This document shows positions 26,329-33,398 of a stretch of DNA of 53,322 nucleotides, piece by piece. The stretch is taken from assembly GCA_964611745.1 (NCBI GenBank), contig CAZTBE010000004.1:1-53322 (forward strand). The letters run 5' to 3'. Both the position numbers and the translations under genes were made by a program. Origin of the DNA: an uncultured Methanosarcinales archaeon (GTDB lineage Archaea > Nanobdellota > Nanobdellia > Woesearchaeales > GW2011-AR4). A model generated the notes under the pieces. It did not search any database, had not been told where the DNA came from, and was given only the letters and a program-made list of their open reading frames with translations. Numbering within the stretch: position 1 is the first letter of the stretch; each line of letters begins with the position of its first letter.

Positions 26329-26544
26329 ATGAAAGAGGTGATTATTTTGCTAACGCCATTTGCATATAAAATTACAGGTTTGGTTGTTTTAATTGTAGGA
26401 GCATTGTTCTTTCTTAGAGACCTTGGACCAGAAACAAACTTTATCGGGAATACAACTGGATGGACAATAATCATTGTTTTAGTAGGCGCAGGATTATTAG
26501 CCGGTGATTTTCAATTAAACCAGCTTAAGCAAAAGAAAAAATAA
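26329..26544 (+). CDS. Small membrane protein (two predicted TM helices)
   Basis: The 71-aa protein has two hydrophobic segments and a basic C-terminus (KQKKK). There is no recognisable family. Confidence 0.4.
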   Translation: MKEVIILLTPFAYKITGLVVLIVGALFFLRDLGPETNFIGNTTGWTIIIVLVGAGLLAGDFQLNQLKQKKK

Positions 26545-26546
26545 TT

Positions 26547-28301
26547 TTACTTTTTTTGCTTATTATAAAGACTTTCTACTATTTTTAATGTAGAAATATC
26601 ATCAGGACTTCTGTCCTGCCTTAATTGTATAATGCGAGGAAAGCGCAACGCAAATCCGCTGCTATAAGTCGGGCTTTTTTGTATCTCTTCATAAGCTACT
26701 TCTATGACAATTTTAGGTTTAGGTATTACTTCTTTTCCTTCTTCTTTCTTTATTAAAGGCTTAAGCAAGTCTGTCATTTCCGCAAAACTCAATCCTTCTT
26801 CCCTCTTTTCCTTAAGCCCTGTGCTTGCCTTTCCAATTTCAAGAAAATTGCATTCTTTATCTCTGCATGCTAATGTGTAGCTGCTTAACCATTTTGACCT
26901 CTTACCTTCCCCCCACTCTGCTTTTACAATAACCAGGTCAAGATTTTCTTTTGTATCTTTTAACTTGACCATAAAACCAGCTCTTGCTCCTGGCTTGTAA
27001 GGAGCATCAAGTTTTTTGATCATAAGCCCTTCATTTCCGGAATCAACAGCTTCTTTGTAAAAATCCTGAACTTCTTTTTTGTCTGAAGTTACAATACTCC
27101 TTGCAATCTTGATTTTCTTTGGAACATTTTTAATTATCTTTTTAATTATCTTTTTTCTTTCCTCAAAAGGCTCATTGATAACACTTTTGTCTTTGTAGTT
27201 TATCACATCAAAAACATTTACCTCAACTGGAAACTCCTGAGACATCTTTTCAATATCATATTTCCTCTTTATTCTCTGGGAAATATTTTGGAATGGAAGG
27301 TATTTGCCAGTTTTTGTACTGTAACCAACTGCCTCAGAATCAATAATGACTTTTTTTTCATGAACAAACTTCCTTACACAATCTACAACTTCTGGAAACT
27401 GCTTAGTGACATTTTCTAATCTTCTTGTAAATACCTTAATTTCATTATTATTTTTATGTATCTGCATCCTCATACCATCATATTTAAACTCAAATTCTGC
27501 TGGCTTTCCACATCTTTCAAAACCCTCATCAATATCTGCAACTTTTAATGCGAGCATTACCTTCAACGGCACTCCAACATTCATTTCCATTTCATCAAGG
27601 CCTTTAAGTCCATGCTTCTTTGCTGCCTCAGCTACTAGAGCAAAATCATTTGTTATATCGTAAGCACGTTGCACAGCATCAACATATTTATTGTAATTTT
27701 CTCTATCTTCCATCTCAACATTATTTTCTTTTTTATTGTAATTTACTTTAATCTCCTTGCCAAAGAATGCCCATACAATAGCATCTCTTATGCTTCCCTC
27801 TCCAACTCCTATGCGCATATCATTAAGAATTGTCCTTACAATATACTTAGCTTCGTTAGGCTTTGCAGATGTTAAAAGTTCGGCTACTAAAGATATTTTT
27901 TTATCAACAGAACCTTGCCCTTCAATTGTGACAAGTTTTCTGAGATTGTTAAGAACTTTTTTTACAGTAAGCTCATGAGAACCTAATGTATGCTGTTTTT
28001 TTTTCTTAATTAAATTATGGGAAACGGTTCCTAAATCTCCAGTTTTCTTCCATTCTGAATTTACTCTTTCTTTGGATTCTCCTGATGCCACACTAATAGC
28101 CTTAAGCATCATCTTTGATGCCATTCCAATTTCCCTTTCATCCCATCTTGGAAAAACTCTTCCTTCCATCAAAAGAATTGTTGTTCCCAAATCCACTATG
28201 CTTACATCTTTCAGAAATTCTGAAATAATATGGACATGCCCAAGCCTCTTTGTTGTACTTTCCAGAGCATCATACACATCCGCAAGTTTCGAGTATTGCA
28301 T
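26547..28301 (-). CDS. lig: ATP-dependent DNA ligase
   Basis: The adenylation motif I is EFKYDG. The 584-aa archaeal/eukaryal Lig1-type architecture ends in a typical C-terminal OB-fold sequence (LRFPRIIQLRQDR). Confidence 0.95.
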   Translation of the reverse strand: MQYSKLADVYDALESTTKRLGHVHIISEFLKDVSIVDLGTTILLMEGRVFPRWDEREIGMASKMMLKAISVASGESKERVNSEWKKTGDLGTVSHNLIKKKKQHTLGSHELTVKKVLNNLRKLVTIEGQGSVDKKISLVAELLTSAKPNEAKYIVRTILNDMRIGVGEGSIRDAIVWAFFGKEIKVNYNKKENNVEMEDRENYNKYVDAVQRAYDITNDFALVAEAAKKHGLKGLDEMEMNVGVPLKVMLALKVADIDEGFERCGKPAEFEFKYDGMRMQIHKNNNEIKVFTRRLENVTKQFPEVVDCVRKFVHEKKVIIDSEAVGYSTKTGKYLPFQNISQRIKRKYDIEKMSQEFPVEVNVFDVINYKDKSVINEPFEERKKIIKKIIKNVPKKIKIARSIVTSDKKEVQDFYKEAVDSGNEGLMIKKLDAPYKPGARAGFMVKLKDTKENLDLVIVKAEWGEGKRSKWLSSYTLACRDKECNFLEIGKASTGLKEKREEGLSFAEMTDLLKPLIKKEEGKEVIPKPKIVIEVAYEEIQKSPTYSSGFALRFPRIIQLRQDRSPDDISTLKIVESLYNKQKK

Positions 28302-28341
28302 ATTAAATTACAATATTAAGAAGTTTAAAAATATGTCGAAA

Positions 28342-28620
28342 TGTACGTTCCCGATTTTACGTTGCCGTAAAACACTGTGGGGTGCTTTGCACCCCACTAC
28401 TAGTGTTCAGTTGTACGTTCCCGTACAACAGTATGCAATGCTTTGCATTGCACGATCCAAGACGGATTAGTACGTGTGGTACGAAGTACCACACACTGGT
28501 GTGCAGGAATGCACAACAGTGTATAGGGATGCTTTCAGCATCCCGAGACTGAGCATTCAAAAGAGTCCCGTTTCGGGACGTCGCAGACGTCCCCAGACGC
28601 TGTTTTACGGGCACGTAAAA
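28342..28620. repeat. Array of ten perfect GC-rich stem-loops (unclassified)
   Basis: Hairpins lie at 28355-28372, 28377-28397, 28411-28428, 28434-28452, 28474-28494, 28500-28515, 28526-28544, 28565-28579, 28575-28593 and 28603-28620. The 12-mer TGTACGTTCCCG is repeated at 28342 and 28412. Confidence 0.6.
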
Positions 28621-28657
28621 CAATAGATTTATTAATAATAAACTCAAGAATATACTT

Positions 28658-29320
28658 ATGGAAGTATTTGACGCTATAAGATCAAGAAGAAGCATAAGGA
28701 AATACAAGGATAAGCAGGTTGCATGGGATAATATTGTCACAATAATGCAGGCTGGCAAATATGCTCCTTCTGCAGGTAATCTGCAGAATTGGAAGTTTAT
28801 TGTGGTCAAGAACGATGAGACAAGAAAAGCCATTGCAAAAGCTTGTCTGCAACAGGAATGGATGGAAGTCGCTCCTGTTTTTATTGTAGTTGTTGCAGAA
28901 CCGGAAAAAGCTGAAAGATATTATGGGAGCAGAGGCGCAAGGCTTTATACAATACAAGGATGCTCTGCTGCAATAGAAAATATGCTTCTTACTGCTCATA
29001 GTTTAGGATTAGGAACCTGCTGGATAGGGGCTTTTGATGAAGATGAGATTTGGAGAGTTCTTGGACTGCCGGAAGAAAAATCAGTGCAGGCTGTTATTAC
29101 AATTGGTTATGCTGATGAAAACCCAGAACCGCCTCCCAAGTATAGAATAGAGCATATGATGTTTTTTGAAAAATGGTGGGGCCGCTTGGAATTTCCAAAA
29201 ACACATCTTGGTTGGTGGAGTGCAGGCAATAAAAGAATAGTAGATGAAGGCAAGAAGTTAGCCAAAAAAGTCCATAAAAAAGTCAAAGAGCATGTTAAGA
29301 AAAAGTTAAGTAAAAAGTAA
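28658..29320 (+). CDS. Nitroreductase-family flavoprotein with a Lys-rich C-terminal tail
   Basis: RRSIRKYKD, PSAGNLQNW and LGLGTCWIG are nitroreductase motifs. The tail is KKLAKKVHKKVKEHVKKKLSKK. Confidence 0.85.
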   Translation: MEVFDAIRSRRSIRKYKDKQVAWDNIVTIMQAGKYAPSAGNLQNWKFIVVKNDETRKAIAKACLQQEWMEVAPVFIVVVAEPEKAERYYGSRGARLYTIQGCSAAIENMLLTAHSLGLGTCWIGAFDEDEIWRVLGLPEEKSVQAVITIGYADENPEPPPKYRIEHMMFFEKWWGRLEFPKTHLGWWSAGNKRIVDEGKKLAKKVHKKVKEHVKKKLSKK

Positions 29321-29365
29321 ATTACTATTTCTTATTTACTAAATAAATAAAAAACAGAAATATAT

Positions 29366-29447
29366 CTCAGTCTCGGGATACCGTAGGTATCCCAATACGC
29401 TGTTTTACGGGCACGTAAAAAAATAAAAAAATCCCTCTTGCGAGGGA
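29366..29447. repeat. Hairpin modules downstream of the nitroreductase, sharing sequence with the upstream array
   Basis: CTCAGTCTC plus GGGATACC-GTA-GGTATCCC lies at 29366-29393. ACGCTGTTTTACGGGCACGTAAAA at 29397-29420 is identical to 28597-28620. TCCCTC-TTGC-GAGGGA lies at 29432-29447. Confidence 0.55.
29421..29447 (-). terminator. Hairpin plus T-tract (minus-strand sense), candidate distal ftsZ terminator
   Basis: The minus strand reads TCCCTCGCAAGAGGGA followed by TTTTTTTATTTTTTT. Confidence 0.45.
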
Positions 29448-29504
29448 CCAAATGCCTCCATACTTAAAAACGTTGGGGGTGGTTTTCTTAGAAATGAAGG
29501 CATA

Positions 29505-29527
29505 GAAAAAAACACCTAAAAGGTGTC
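29505..29527 (-). terminator. Hairpin plus T7 tract, candidate ftsZ terminator
   Basis: The minus strand reads ACACC-TTTTA-GGTGT followed by TTTTTTT, ~22 nt after the ftsZ stop. Confidence 0.5.
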
Positions 29528-29548
29528 ACCACAAAGACTAAAGGGTGA

Positions 29549-30625
29549 TCATTCATCTAGGATTTCTATACCGAGTTCCTCACTTATTTGTTGAACCTCC
29601 GGACTTGCCGCAAGTGGCTTTTGCTTGCCCAAGATACATGGGCTCTTTACACCAGTTACGATTGTCATTACAGTAAGCTTTCCTTTCATATCTTCTGAAA
29701 TTCTGGCTCCCCAGATGACATTTGCATCTGTATCTAAACTTTCTGTAACTAATTCGCCTACTTTGCTTATCTCATCAAGTGTCATATCAGGACCACCTAT
29801 TACATGCAACAAAGCTCCGGTTGCACCTTTGTAATTGATGTCCAGAAGCGGATTTTGCAAAGCTCCTTTTACAGCTTCTTCTACTCTGTTGTTTGTATCT
29901 GAAGAACCCACACCAATAGCTGCTACTCCACCATTCTTCATAATTGCCCTTACATCCGCATAATCCAGGTTAACTAAGCTTGGCACTGCAATAGTTTCCA
30001 CAATACCTTTTATCATTGTTGCTACAAGCTCATTAGCTACTGCAAATGCTTGTTGTATTGGCAAATTACCTGCAATATTGACTAATCTATTATTGTCAAT
30101 TACAATCACTGTATCAGAAACATCTCTTAGCTGTTCCAAACCAAACTCTGCTTTATCTACCCTGGCTTTTTCAATTTTAAAAGGCATGGTAACAGTTCCA
30201 ATAACTATAGCACCAGTATCTCTAGCTACTTGAGCAACTATTGGCGCTCCACCAGTGCCAGTTCCTCCACCCATGCCAGCGCATACAAAAACCATATCAG
30301 ATTCTTTTAAACATTGTTTTAACTCTTGCAAGCTTTCTTTTGCAGACTCAGCACCTTTCTCAGGAAAACCTCCACATCCTAAGCCTCTTGTTACACCAGT
30401 CCCCAACAAAAATTTTCTGTCTGCATTTATTATATTCAAATGCTGCTGGTCTGTGTTACAGGCTAAAATCTCAGCCCCTTTAACACCTTTATTATATAGC
30501 CAACCAACCATATTGTTGCCAGCTCCCCCTACCCCTATAACTCTTATATTTGCTTGTCCTACATCTACACTTTCTACTTTATTCTCTTGGCTAGTTTTAA
30601 TTGCGTTTTCTACCAAAAAATCCAT
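29549..30625 (-). CDS. ftsZ: Cell division GTPase FtsZ
   Basis: The tubulin signature GGGTGTGGAP is present, together with VIGVGGAGNNMV and NVIWGARI. Confidence 0.95.
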   Translation of the reverse strand: MDFLVENAIKTSQENKVESVDVGQANIRVIGVGGAGNNMVGWLYNKGVKGAEILACNTDQQHLNIINADRKFLLGTGVTRGLGCGGFPEKGAESAKESLQELKQCLKESDMVFVCAGMGGGTGTGGAPIVAQVARDTGAIVIGTVTMPFKIEKARVDKAEFGLEQLRDVSDTVIVIDNNRLVNIAGNLPIQQAFAVANELVATMIKGIVETIAVPSLVNLDYADVRAIMKNGGVAAIGVGSSDTNNRVEEAVKGALQNPLLDINYKGATGALLHVIGGPDMTLDEISKVGELVTESLDTDANVIWGARISEDMKGKLTVMTIVTGVKSPCILGKQKPLAASPEVQQISEELGIEILDE

Positions 30626-30743
30626 TTTTTCACCCCTTATTGTCTGTAGTTTTTAAAATATACATCCCAATACCAATAATAGAGTACCAAAATATTTATA
30701 TTGGAATTGCCTAATATACTCTCTTGTAGAAAAAAGTTATTTA

Positions 30744-30865
30744 CGCCAATAAATAGCTTTTATAAAGATTTAAGTACTAAAATATCGTTTTAAACCAAAA
30801 ATACGCCAAATAAACACGCTTTTTCGCCAAAAAAAGCTGTTTAACCGAGTTTTTCGCCAAAAAAA
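30744..30865. promoter_or_regulatory. Four direct CGCCAA(A/T)AAA repeats upstream of ftsZ
   Basis: CGCCAA occurs at 30744, 30804, 30825 and 30855. The last two copies sit within an identical 16-mer TTTTTCGCCAAAAAAA (30820-30835 and 30850-30865), exactly 30 bp apart. Confidence 0.45.
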
Positions 30866-31230
30866 CTCAAATTAGATTTTTTTATATTCTATATACATTT
30901 ATAAGATCATATTTAAAGATTTCTAGGATGGAAAATATAGGTTTTAGTATATTGATAAATGAAGTTTTAAAAAGTGAATAAACATCCTGGGTATTAAAGT
31001 GAAATATTATGGTTGCAAATTATGATAAATTACAGCAAGATATTTTGGATACTGATATATTACTTCCTTATGCACATGTACTTGCCACACTTAGAGAAGT
31101 AAGTACTCCTATTGATTCTTCAAAACCTGTAAATAATTATGCTGAATATGCTTCACCTTTGGGATTTTTTAAAGGAAAAGGTGTTAATAGTATCCTAACT
31201 TAAGAATTTATAGAAGAACTCTACAGAGAA

Positions 31231-31725
31231 ATGAGAAGTAGAAGATTAGCGGATATACCTATGATAGAGATATGTGCTGGAAGAGGAAAATTGTCTTACC
31301 AACTCAGAAAGCATGGCATAGACATAGTTGCAACTGATAACTATTCACAGAAAATGGATAGAGATGAAAGTCTTGTTGAAAGAGTAGAAAGCCATAGGGA
31401 AGCTTTAGAAAAGTACACACCAAGATTAGTTGTAGCTTCATGGATTCCTCGTAATCCTGAACTTGGAGATGATGTGTTGCATTTCCCTACAGTAGATTAT
31501 TTCATTGATATTGGAGAAAGAAGAAGTGGTTCAACATGGCTTACACTGGATTATAGTAATGAAGATTTTAGTATTAAGTATTTAAACAGTGTTGCTAAAT
31601 ATTTTATTGGGACAAATGATTTTTTTGAAGTAACTAGAAGTGGTAAAGTTGGATTTGTAAAACATTCACAAGTAAGATTATGGAAAAGGAAAGGCGCGCC
31701 AATGAGTATTAATCATACTATCTAA
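31231..31725 (+). CDS. SAM-methyltransferase-like protein, possibly the 3' part of a gene interrupted by an in-frame TAA
   Basis: IEICAGRGKLS...DIVATD resembles methyltransferase motifs I/II. ORF 31009-31203 is in the same frame, separated only by TAA at 31201-31203. Confidence 0.4.
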   Translation: MRSRRLADIPMIEICAGRGKLSYQLRKHGIDIVATDNYSQKMDRDESLVERVESHREALEKYTPRLVVASWIPRNPELGDDVLHFPTVDYFIDIGERRSGSTWLTLDYSNEDFSIKYLNSVAKYFIGTNDFFEVTRSGKVGFVKHSQVRLWKRKGAPMSINHTI

Positions 31726-31775
31726 TAAAAATTTAGATTATAAATTTATAAACTATACACTCTTTCTGGTAAACT

Positions 31776-32534
31776 ATGACCCTCTACTTCATCGGTATTG
31801 GCCTGAATGACGAAAAAGACATTAGCCTAAAAGGCCTTGAATTAGTAAAAAAAGCAGATTTTGTTTACTTGGAAAACTATACTGCAAAGATAAACTGCAA
31901 TTTAAGCTATATGAAACAGCTATATGGAAAAAAGATAATTCTAGCTGACAGAAAACTAGTAGAAATGGATGCTGAAAAGACCATTTTGCAGCAGGCAAAA
32001 ACAAAAGAAGTTGCTTTCCTTGTTGTAGGAGATGTTTTTTCTGCAACAACTCATATGGATCTATTCTTAAGAGCAAAAAAAGCAGGCATTAAAACAAGAA
32101 TTGTGCATAATGCATCTGTTTTTACAGCAATTGGTGTTACTGGCTTGCAGCTCTATAACTTTGGCAAAACTGCCAGCATACCATTTTTGAATGAGAATAT
32201 TGAAACACCATATGATGTTCTAAAATTAAATCAAAAAAACAATCTGCATACATTATTCCTTCTGGATGTAAAAGAAAACTCAAATGATTCTCTAACAGTA
32301 ACTGATGCAATAAGATACTTGTTAAAAGTAGAATTAAAAAGAAATGAAAAAGTTTTTACTGACAATACTTTATGCATTGGCTGCGCTAAACTAGGCTCTT
32401 TAGACCAAATAATCAGAGCTGGAAATGCAAAAGAGCTGCTTCAATATCTTTTTAAGGGAGGAATGCATTGCTTAATTGTACCAGCAAAAAAAATACATTT
32501 TATGGAAGAAGAGGCATTAAAGCTTTATTTCTAG
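31776..32534 (+). CDS. dph5: Diphthine synthase
   Basis: MTLYFIGIGLNDEKDISLKGLE is the typical N-terminus of this tetrapyrrole-methylase-fold enzyme. GDVFSATTH is present and the protein is 252 aa. Confidence 0.9.
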   Translation: MTLYFIGIGLNDEKDISLKGLELVKKADFVYLENYTAKINCNLSYMKQLYGKKIILADRKLVEMDAEKTILQQAKTKEVAFLVVGDVFSATTHMDLFLRAKKAGIKTRIVHNASVFTAIGVTGLQLYNFGKTASIPFLNENIETPYDVLKLNQKNNLHTLFLLDVKENSNDSLTVTDAIRYLLKVELKRNEKVFTDNTLCIGCAKLGSLDQIIRAGNAKELLQYLFKGGMHCLIVPAKKIHFMEEEALKLYF

Positions 32535-32544
32535 ATATATAAGA

Positions 32545-32661
32545 AAGGCTTTGCCAATTTAGGGGAGGCGGGTGGGAAGAAGCACCTCAAATAATTAATT
32601 AAAATGCCTGCATTTTTTTAAAAATGCTCATTTTGCCTAAAGTCCGCTCTGGCAAAGCCTT
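32545..32661. repeat. GC-rich element with 12-bp perfect terminal inverted repeats (element C) between convergent genes
   Basis: AAGGCTTTGCCA (32545-32556) pairs with TGGCAAAGCCTT (32650-32661). No clear target duplication is seen. Confidence 0.4.
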
Positions 32662-32675
32662 AAAAATATAGAAAT

Positions 32676-33056
32676 TTAAAGACAATGATTATCTTTACAG
32701 CCATTTGTACATATAAATGTCATATTTTGAGGCATTTCATTCTCACAGTAATACTCCACTAAAATATTGTTGTCAAAACAGTAATCCTTTAACTCAAATC
32801 TTTTTGCATTGTCATAAAAACCAAAAACAGAGCCATTGGCCCATCTTACCATTCCATTATCTGTATCATGGCATAGCCTTACAGTAACTATCTCTTCCTC
32901 TGCCTCATCATCTTCTGTAATTTCCAGTTTATCAACATCATATGCCTTCGCAGTGATTTTTTCTATAGGCATAGGTTCTTCAGTAGTTTCTTCTTTACTG
33001 CAGCCATAAATAAAAAGAATAAACAGAATAAAAAACAAAAATAAAATTTTCTTCAT
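32676..33056 (-). CDS. Small secreted/lipoprotein-like Cys-rich protein
   Basis: The signal peptide carries a lipobox-like IYGC. The C-terminal domain has 6+ cysteines (CHDTDNG...YCFDNN...YCENE...ICTNGCKDNHC). Confidence 0.5.
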   Translation of the reverse strand: MKKILFLFFILFILFIYGCSKEETTEEPMPIEKITAKAYDVDKLEITEDDEAEEEIVTVRLCHDTDNGMVRWANGSVFGFYDNAKRFELKDYCFDNNILVEYYCENEMPQNMTFICTNGCKDNHCL

Positions 33057-33116
33057 ATCTGTATAATTATCCTATTAAATATAAATAATTTTTGATATTG
33101 AGAAAATTTAAGATAA

Positions 33117-33126
33117 TTTTATAAAT
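33117..33126 (+). promoter_or_regulatory. TATA-box-like element for tRNA-Gln
   Basis: TTTTATAAAT ends 25 nt upstream of tRNA position 1. Confidence 0.45.
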
Positions 33127-33150
33127 TAGCTTTGATGTCATTTAACTTAC

Positions 33151-33242
33151 AGCCCCGTAGTCTAGCGGTCAAGGATGTCGGCTTTTGGAGCCGATGGCCC
33201 AGGTTCGAATTGCAACTAACAACGAAAGTCCTGGCGGGGCTA
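33151..33242 (+). tRNA. tRNA-Gln (anticodon UUG) with a 19-nt non-canonical intron in the T-loop region
   Basis: The acceptor stem pairs AGCCCCG with CGGGGCT. The D-arm is GTCT/GGAT with an AGCGGTCAA loop. The anticodon stem pairs TCGGC with GCCGA, and the loop TTTTGGA gives the anticodon at 33185-33187. The T-stem pairs CCAGG (33199-33203) with CCTGG (33230-33234), and the T-loop is TTCGAAT. The insert at 33211-33229 can form a BHB-like motif. A T-tract follows the gene. Confidence 0.8.
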
Positions 33243-33398
33243 TTTTTCAATAACATTTATAAACCAAATAATAATCCCAATCATAATCAAGAGATAAGTC
33301 GGTTTGTGGAAAGCGGCAAATCCTATGGATTTGTAATTCACGGCTCGCTTATACTGGAGACAAATAATTCTTTGTTTCCGTAATATTGTTTAATAAAA

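Noticed and set aside
28342-28620. The hairpin array could be a CRISPR array.
   Set aside because: There are no identical direct repeats of 24-40 bp alternating with unique spacers. The units are individual palindromes with different sequences and irregular spacing. No cas genes lie in the window.
28072-28833. ORFs 28072-28470 (+, 132 aa) and 28357-28833 (-, 158 aa) span the hairpin array.
   Set aside because: Both run through the palindromic GC-rich array and overlap lig or the nitroreductase on the opposite strand. Their translations are low-complexity Cys/Leu/Ser strings without motifs. The palindromes themselves generate stop-free frames on both strands.
30660-31008. The AT-rich region with CGCCAA repeats could be a replication origin.
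   Set aside because: No orc1/cdc6 gene is adjacent. There are no ORB/mini-ORB-like inverted repeats with G-strings. The repeats are direct and short. The region is kept only as a candidate regulatory array.
31201-31203. The in-frame TAA could be evidence of an alternative genetic code or programmed read-through.
   Set aside because: TAA is used as a normal terminator by many well-supported genes in this window (for example rps4, purN and lipA). No other gene shows internal stops. A nonsense mutation, a sequencing error or two separate ORFs are simpler explanations.
33222-33240. A GAAAGTCC-like string resembles the RNase P RNA CR-I motif.
   Set aside because: The string lies across the tRNA intron/3' T-stem junction. 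The surrounding ~90 nt fold as a complete tRNA, and no other RNase P conserved regions are nearby.
33132-33383. An 83-aa ORF overlaps the tRNA locus.
   Set aside because: It is fully explained by tRNA-Gln (33151-33242) plus the rps15 upstream region, and it has no coding features.
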